A DNA stretch of 64,000 nt from an uncultured Chloroflexia bacterium. Lineage in GTDB: Bacteria > Chloroflexota > Chloroflexia > Thermomicrobiales > Thermomicrobiaceae. A model generated the notes under the pieces. That model searched no databases and was not told the DNA's origin. It saw only the letters and a program-made list of their open reading frames with translations. A program made the translations under genes and the position numbers. The stretch covers positions 411,364 through 475,363 of the forward strand of contig CAWGGU010000008.1 of NCBI GenBank assembly GCA_963822235.1, written 5' to 3'. The number at the start of each line of letters is the position of its first letter. Positions within the stretch are counted from its first letter, which is position 1. Shown here piece by piece: positions 59,192-64,000 of this stretch.

Positions 59192-59971
59192 ATGATTAAG
59201 GGCCGGCCAATCTGGACATTGGGTGCGTTCGTCGTCGCCTTCATGATCTTCGCCCGCATTCGATCGTATGCGGACAACACACGCATTCCGATCCGCTACG
59301 CCTACCCGGTTCGGATCGATCGCTGGCTCTTCAATGGCATTGATCCGGTGACCTGGCTTCAGAATCGTCTCGGACAGACGAGCCATCTCAACGTCCTCGA
59401 CTATCTCCTCGTCGTCGTCTATATCTCCTACTTCGTCATTCCTCCAGCCACGGTCGTGCTTCTCTGGTGGTTTCGCTCAAGCTGGTTCCGCTACGTTGCG
59501 CTGTCGGTGGTTGTCACGCTCTACGTCGGGGTGGCGATCAACTTCCTGGTGCCGACCGCGCCGCCCTGGCTGGCGGCCCAGCATGGGTACCTGCCCGATT
59601 TCCAACGATTGGTCCCCAAGCTGCTCAACCACGTAGTGCCAGGAATCTTTAACACGGGTGACAAAACCGCGGGGCCCAACGACGTCGCCGCCATGCCGTC
59701 GCTCCACATCGCGATCGTGGCGGTCGTCTCCTTCTACTTCATGACCAAAGGAGCGATCGGCAAAGTCCTTGGCGTCTTCTACATCTGCGCCATGGGCTTC
59801 ACCCTCGTCTACCTCGGTGAGCACTACGTCTCCGACATCATCGCGGGATTCCTGATCGCCCTCGCATCCTGGCTAGCGGTTTCCTGGGTACTGAACCGCC
59901 GGTCCGCGCGGCATGAGCGTGCGCGAGAGGCGCCAGAGCGTGAAAAGCAAGAAGCGTTGGAGTCGACATAA
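59192..59971 (+). CDS. PAP2-superfamily membrane phosphatase/phosphotransferase (PAP2_3, Aur1-like)
   Basis: Has MPSLHIA and GEHYVSDIIAG, the C2/C3 PAP2 motifs. Six TM segments. Confidence 0.7.
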   Translation: MIKGRPIWTLGAFVVAFMIFARIRSYADNTRIPIRYAYPVRIDRWLFNGIDPVTWLQNRLGQTSHLNVLDYLLVVVYISYFVIPPATVVLLWWFRSSWFRYVALSVVVTLYVGVAINFLVPTAPPWLAAQHGYLPDFQRLVPKLLNHVVPGIFNTGDKTAGPNDVAAMPSLHIAIVAVVSFYFMTKGAIGKVLGVFYICAMGFTLVYLGEHYVSDIIAGFLIALASWLAVSWVLNRRSARHERAREAPEREKQEALEST

Positions 59972-59988
59972 ATTGGCGACCACGGAGA

Positions 59989-60025
59989 GTCACCCCCACG
60001 AAACGCGTCGTTGCGTGGGGGTGAC
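59989..60025. terminator. 12-bp GC hairpin between convergent genes
   Basis: GTCACCCCCACG-(13-nt loop)-CGTGGGGGTGAC. No U-tract. Confidence 0.35.
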
Positions 60026-60059
60026 ATTCATGGCGTCGTATGGACAATGTGCCCGCTGA

Positions 60060-61406
60060 CTACGTCCTGGCGAAGCCATCGAAGATGCGCACGATCCGCT
60101 TGATGCCCGTGAAATAGTCTTCGACGAAGATGTTCTCGTTCGGCGAGTGCGCTCGCGAGTCGGCGTGTCCGACGCCGGAAGAGGCGAATGGGATGCCGAA
60201 CTGGTGCGCCATGACGTAGGCAGGTCCGGTCCCTAAACTTGTCGGGATGATGACCGGCTCCGCTCCGTCGACTTCGCGATGGGCCGCCTCGACCACCTTC
60301 ACAATGGCGGAATCGGTCGACGTGCGCGCGGGGTGTTCGGCACTCAGCAGCTCGATCTCCACGTCCGAAAAGCCTTCGGAATCCAGGTGCCTGCGCAGCA
60401 GATCGCGAATCTCGTACGGGTCCTGATCGATGACCAGGCGGAAGTCGACCTTGGCCATCGCCTCGGCTGGCATGACGGTCTTGGTGCCCGGGCCGGTGTA
60501 TCCGGAGTTGATGCCGCAGATGGTGCACGTGGGCTGGAAATACTCCTTGATCTGCAGATCTCGTCCCGTTAGTCCGGTCACGAACTGGTCGATCTGGTAC
60601 AAGTTTTTGCGACTTGACTCTGTATCCGGAAGCTTGGACAGGATTTCCAGATCGTGGTCGGTCGGCGCGATTACCTTGTCGTAGAAGCCGGGAATACGAA
60701 TGCGCTCGTCCGGGCCTTTGAGAGTCGAGAGGGCCCAGTTGAGGCGCCAGGCAGCGTTGGGAACCGATGCGCCCAAGGATGAGTGCAGATCTCGCGCGAC
60801 CGACTTGACTCGTAGCTCCACGTAGCAGATGCCTTTGAGCCCGAGGGAGATGATCGGGCGGCCGTCGACGTCCTTGCTGCCACTCTCCCAGATGTTGCCA
60901 TCCGCCTGGACCAGATCGGCGTGCTCTTCGGTGAAGCGCTCCAGCCTTGGACTACCGATCTCTTCCTCACCCTCGATCAGAAACTTGACCTTGAGCGGGA
61001 GCGATCCGCGCACCTTCTGGTAGGCGTCGATGGCGCAGATGCGCGAGGCGATGTTGCCTTTGTTGTCGGCCACTCCGCGGGCCACGATCTTCCCGTCGAC
61101 GATGTCGGCGGCGAATGGCTCCGTATCCCATAGATCGAGTGGCTCGGGTGGCTGAACGTCGTAGTGGTTGTAGAAGCTGAGCGTGCGATTCCCGCTACCG
61201 ATCTCTCCGTAGACGACCGGGTTGCCGCCTTCAATCGGGACGATTTCGGCCTTCGCGCCGATCGCCTCGAGCATGCGCTTGACGTATTCGGCGGTCTCCT
61301 GGATGCCGACGTTCTGCGCCGAAATGCTCGGCTGTCGGCAGAGGTCCTGCACTTCCTTCAGGTATTGATCGCGATGGTCGTCGATGTATTGATATACGTC
61401 TTGCAT
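60060..61406 (-). CDS. M20-family dipeptidase
   Basis: Has FYNHYDVQP, ARGVADNKGN and IEGEEEIGS motifs. GAGGGAG Shine-Dalgarno before the ATG at 61406. Confidence 0.8.
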   Translation of the reverse strand: MQDVYQYIDDHRDQYLKEVQDLCRQPSISAQNVGIQETAEYVKRMLEAIGAKAEIVPIEGGNPVVYGEIGSGNRTLSFYNHYDVQPPEPLDLWDTEPFAADIVDGKIVARGVADNKGNIASRICAIDAYQKVRGSLPLKVKFLIEGEEEIGSPRLERFTEEHADLVQADGNIWESGSKDVDGRPIISLGLKGICYVELRVKSVARDLHSSLGASVPNAAWRLNWALSTLKGPDERIRIPGFYDKVIAPTDHDLEILSKLPDTESSRKNLYQIDQFVTGLTGRDLQIKEYFQPTCTICGINSGYTGPGTKTVMPAEAMAKVDFRLVIDQDPYEIRDLLRRHLDSEGFSDVEIELLSAEHPARTSTDSAIVKVVEAAHREVDGAEPVIIPTSLGTGPAYVMAHQFGIPFASSGVGHADSRAHSPNENIFVEDYFTGIKRIVRIFDGFART

Positions 61407-61581
61407 AGAGACTCCCTCTAAAGGTTCGACTTTTGGACACTCGCTGCTCATCGTTGATTGCACTCTCACCCGCCTCACAAACGTTGTCAACCACGTCGGA
61501 CGGAGGGCCGTCGCGACACGCCTCGATGTGTGAGAATGGTTCGGTTGAAACACTCAATTGGCTTGGGAATGGGAGGAAGCT

Positions 61582-62343
61582 ATGCCTGAGATCAGACGAT
61601 TGGCGGAGATGCACTGGCCCGAGATGCGAGAAGCACTCGACTCCGGCACCAAAACGGTCGTGGCGGCGGCCGGGTCTATAGAGCAGCATGGGCCGCATCT
61701 ACCCTTTCAAACCGACACGCTTCTCGGCACGGTCCTGGCCGATGCCGTGGCCTCGCGCCTCGACAACGTGATTGTTGGGCCAACCATCCCCTTCGGAGTG
61801 TCGGAGCACCACATGGCTTTTCCCGGCACGATCACGCTCGACGCTCCCACCTTCAAAGAGGTCGTGCGACAGTATGTCGCCAGCCTGGCACGACACGGCT
61901 TTGAGACGGTGGTTATCTTGCCGAGTCACGGCGGCAACTTTGGTCCGCTGGCGTCCCTCTACGAAGACACGGGCGGTCGCATCGGCGGCGCGCGTTATCT
62001 TCCATTTACCGACTTGATGGGTTTCATCGACGTGATGAACCGCAAAGCCGCGGAGGACGACATCACGCCTCAGGTGGCCGGCGCGCATGCCGGTGAAACC
62101 GAGACGTCAATGGTGCTGGCCAACCGGCCGGAGTTGGTTCTGATGGACAAGGCTGAAGAAGGGTTCGTCGGCGACTTCGACGAGGCAGCCTCTCGCACGA
62201 TCTTCGAAAAGGGCATGACGGCCCTGACCGCGAACGGGATTCTCGGTGACGCTCGACCCGCGACCGCGGAGCGAGGGCACGGATACATCGACGCGCTTGC
62301 CGACATGCTGGCGGACTACATCCGCGAGCGCGTTCCTGCCTGA
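61582..62343 (+). CDS. creatininase-family amidohydrolase (creatinine amidohydrolase/MftE-like)
   Basis: Has GSIEQHGPHLPFQTD, SEHHMAFPGT and PSHGGN motifs. GGGAGGAAG Shine-Dalgarno. Confidence 0.8.
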   Translation: MPEIRRLAEMHWPEMREALDSGTKTVVAAAGSIEQHGPHLPFQTDTLLGTVLADAVASRLDNVIVGPTIPFGVSEHHMAFPGTITLDAPTFKEVVRQYVASLARHGFETVVILPSHGGNFGPLASLYEDTGGRIGGARYLPFTDLMGFIDVMNRKAAEDDITPQVAGAHAGETETSMVLANRPELVLMDKAEEGFVGDFDEAASRTIFEKGMTALTANGILGDARPATAERGHGYIDALADMLADYIRERVPA

Positions 62344-62443
62344 CCGTCACCTGGATTCGATCCAGTGCAGGGACGCGGGCGGTTAGAGATGGCACGCCCC
62401 GACGAAACTCGGTTCGCACCGGAGATTGTCGGGGCGATTCGTA

Positions 62444-62683
62444 TCAGCAATTGGACTCGATCGAATCGAATAGACCGCTCGGCGTGCCAAGAAACGGTTG
62501 GCCGTTGTTTCCCGCACACATGCCATAGGTGATCTGATTTGCGCCCGGGTCGTTGGCGACTGTGGCGGCGCAGGTCGCCGCGAATCCCATGACCACGACT
62601 AGAGCCAGCGCCGCCACCGCGGTCATGACGACGTAGGATGCATGCCGTACGGCCCCCGGCAGGTTGTTGAGATGCTCCAGCAT
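62444..62683 (-). CDS. small secreted or anchored Cys-containing protein (79 aa)
   Basis: GGAAGGAG Shine-Dalgarno 7 nt before the ATG at 62683. The N-terminal hydrophobic helix is YVVMTAVAALALVVVMGFAA. The following ~44-aa Gly/Asn-rich tail has 3 Cys, one of them the C-terminal residue. Confidence 0.55.
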   Translation of the reverse strand: MLEHLNNLPGAVRHASYVVMTAVAALALVVVMGFAATCAATVANDPGANQITYGMCAGNNGQPFLGTPSGLFDSIESNC

Positions 62684-62769
62684 GAAATGCTCCTTCCGGT
62701 CTCGCAGTCGCTCTAATTGCCTGTGCATTTCATGCTAGCTGGAGCATCGACTAGCCTCAGCTAAGTGGT

Positions 62770-63156
62770 TTACAGTCCGTCGACCGGCAATCCCTGTTCT
62801 TTCCACGCTTTGAGTCCGCCATCCAGATGCGCGACGTTGCGAAAGCCCATCTGCTGCAGGGTTGTTGCGGCGAGCGCGGATCGTCCGCCCGACGCACAGG
62901 TCAAGATGATGCGACGCTCGGGATCGAACTCGTTGCGGTAGTAGGGGCTGGTGGGATCGGCATAGAACTCCAACATGCCCCGGGGTGCGTGAACGGAGCC
63001 CGGAATCGTGCCGTTCTCGGAGAGTTCGTTGGCTTCCCGAATGTCGATCAGCACCACTGAGTCGGTGTTCAGTTCCGATCGAACTGCTGACGGTGTCAGA
63101 TTCTGAATTCGTGATTTGGCTTCGGCGACCATGCTCGCCGCGGTATTTACTGCCAT
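62770..63156 (-). CDS. single-domain rhodanese-like sulfurtransferase
   Basis: Has the active-site loop TCASGGRSA. AAAGGAGAGAGG Shine-Dalgarno before the ATG at 63156. Confidence 0.8.
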   Translation of the reverse strand: MAVNTAASMVAEAKSRIQNLTPSAVRSELNTDSVVLIDIREANELSENGTIPGSVHAPRGMLEFYADPTSPYYRNEFDPERRIILTCASGGRSALAATTLQQMGFRNVAHLDGGLKAWKEQGLPVDGL

Positions 63157-63258
63157 GACCTCTCTCCTTTCACGCTGCGAATACCGAATGAACACAGCAT
63201 AGGATCCGGCCATGGATGAGGAATCGGGCGATATCCCTAGTTTGGGGAAAGGGGTTGC

Positions 63259-64000
63259 CTATTTTAGAGGTGACGACTGATCGATCTGTACGGCGTGGGT
63301 GGCCGCGGCGGTACGTGACTCGACGCCGAGCTTGGCGAGGATTGCAGAGACGTGGTGACCGGCGGTCTTTGGACTGATGAACAGCCGTTCGGCGATTTCC
63401 GAGTTGGTCAGCCCTTCGCGCAGGAGATGCAACACATCCACCTCACGGTGTGTCAGTCCGGCTGGATTGGCCCGCGTCGACGCTCTTGGCCCACGATGAA
63501 CGGGCCGAACTCCTAAGGCGCGCAAGCGGCGGTGTGCCCAGGCTGTTGCGGGATCGGCGCCGAGTGATTCGAAGATCATCACCGCCTCATGGACGGAGGG
63601 CTCATCGTCCGATTGAGCCAGCGCGCAGGCGCGCTCGTAGACGCAGCCAATCTCGCCCCATCCTTGAGCGGCCTCGAGCCAATCACCCGATATCATCAAC
63701 GCATATGGCTCGGGGAGTCCCTCTATGGAGATGAACGGCTCTCCAGCGCGATGAAGCACGAAGGCAATAGCGCCGCGGATCCATGGGGTCCCGACCTGGC
63801 CAGCCATCTCCTCGATCGCGCGCGCCTCGGCGGCGGAACGCGGCGAGTCTCCTTCGAGCCAGGCCGCCTCGGCGCGGGCGATGCGGATCGGGCCGAGCCG
63901 TTGGATCTCTCCGGTCTCTTCCGAGAGTTCCAGTGCCTCGTCAAGCGAAGCCCGTGCATCGCCGTCACCACGGCGAGATAGGATCGTGCCGCGAACCGTG
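63259..64000 (-). CDS. LuxR-family regulator, C-terminal part (gene continues beyond the window end)
   Basis: The C-terminal HTH reads LTHREVDVLHLLREGLTNSEIAERLFISPKTAGHHVSAILAKLGV. I translated the frame upstream of the track Met (63807) by hand. It stays open to position 64000 with TPR-like sequence (ASLDEALELSEETGEIQRLGPIRIARAEAAW). Confidence 0.8.
   Translation of the reverse strand, partial: TVRGTILSRRGDGDARASLDEALELSEETGEIQRLGPIRIARAEAAWLEGDSPRSAAEARAIEEMAGQVGTPWIRGAIAFVLHRAGEPFISIEGLPEPYALMISGDWLEAAQGWGEIGCVYERACALAQSDDEPSVHEAVMIFESLGADPATAWAHRRLRALGVRPVHRGPRASTRANPAGLTHREVDVLHLLREGLTNSEIAERLFISPKTAGHHVSAILAKLGVESRTAAATHAVQIDQSSPLK

Noticed and set aside
1-64000. Mobile elements, CRISPR arrays, prophage or classic defence islands
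   Set aside because: I recognised no transposase, integrase, Cas, restriction-modification or toxin-antitoxin signatures, no spacer-repeat periodicity and no terminal inverted repeats. Absence was judged by eye only.

Overview
Visibly GC-rich bacterial chromosomal window with about 60 protein genes. GGAGG-type Shine-Dalgarno sites are common, and many neighbouring genes overlap by ATGA or GTGA. I saw no rRNA, tRNA, CRISPR array, transposase or integrase.

The 5' end (59-4906) is the accessory and maturation half of a [NiFe]-hydrogenase locus. It looks like the group 1h/5 'high-affinity' type: several conserved proteins of unknown function, then the maturation endopeptidase, an unannotated 40-aa membrane peptide, and hypA/hypB/hypC. 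The structural genes and hypDEF lie outside the window.

The rest is a mosaic of:
- a secreted collagen-like protein with a BclA/C1q-like head (frameshifted);
- many amidohydrolase and peptidase genes for nitrogen-compound turnover: formamidase, hydantoinase, amidase, creatininase, three M20 peptidases and a DDAH/amidinotransferase-fold enzyme;
- cupin, DinB and SRPBCC proteins, and families often linked to F420 (LLM oxidoreductase, DDN-type reductase);
- regulators: an XRE-NB-ARC-TPR STAND protein, MarR, an OmpR/HisKA pair, a Ser/Thr kinase and a LuxR-type protein;
- a heavily frameshifted RND transporter, a large Asp-box (BNR) repeat protein, and a glycogen-debranching-like enzyme next to a GT4 glycosyltransferase.

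The candidates I rank highest for novel biology are:
1. a translationally coupled flavoprotein / ATP-grasp ligase pair followed by a YvcK/CofD-like gene (22411-25933);
2. an orphan 599-aa helical protein whose N-terminus resembles the leader of DUF4157-type polymorphic effectors (46876-48675);
3. an amidase / DUF429 / ArsO-like flavoprotein operon (53333-56708);
4. the uncharacterised hydrogenase-linked ORFs.

Caveats: at least 10 frame breaks in 5 otherwise conserved genes mean that either sequence quality or real gene decay must be resolved first. All family names are recalled from motifs read by eye; no searches were run.
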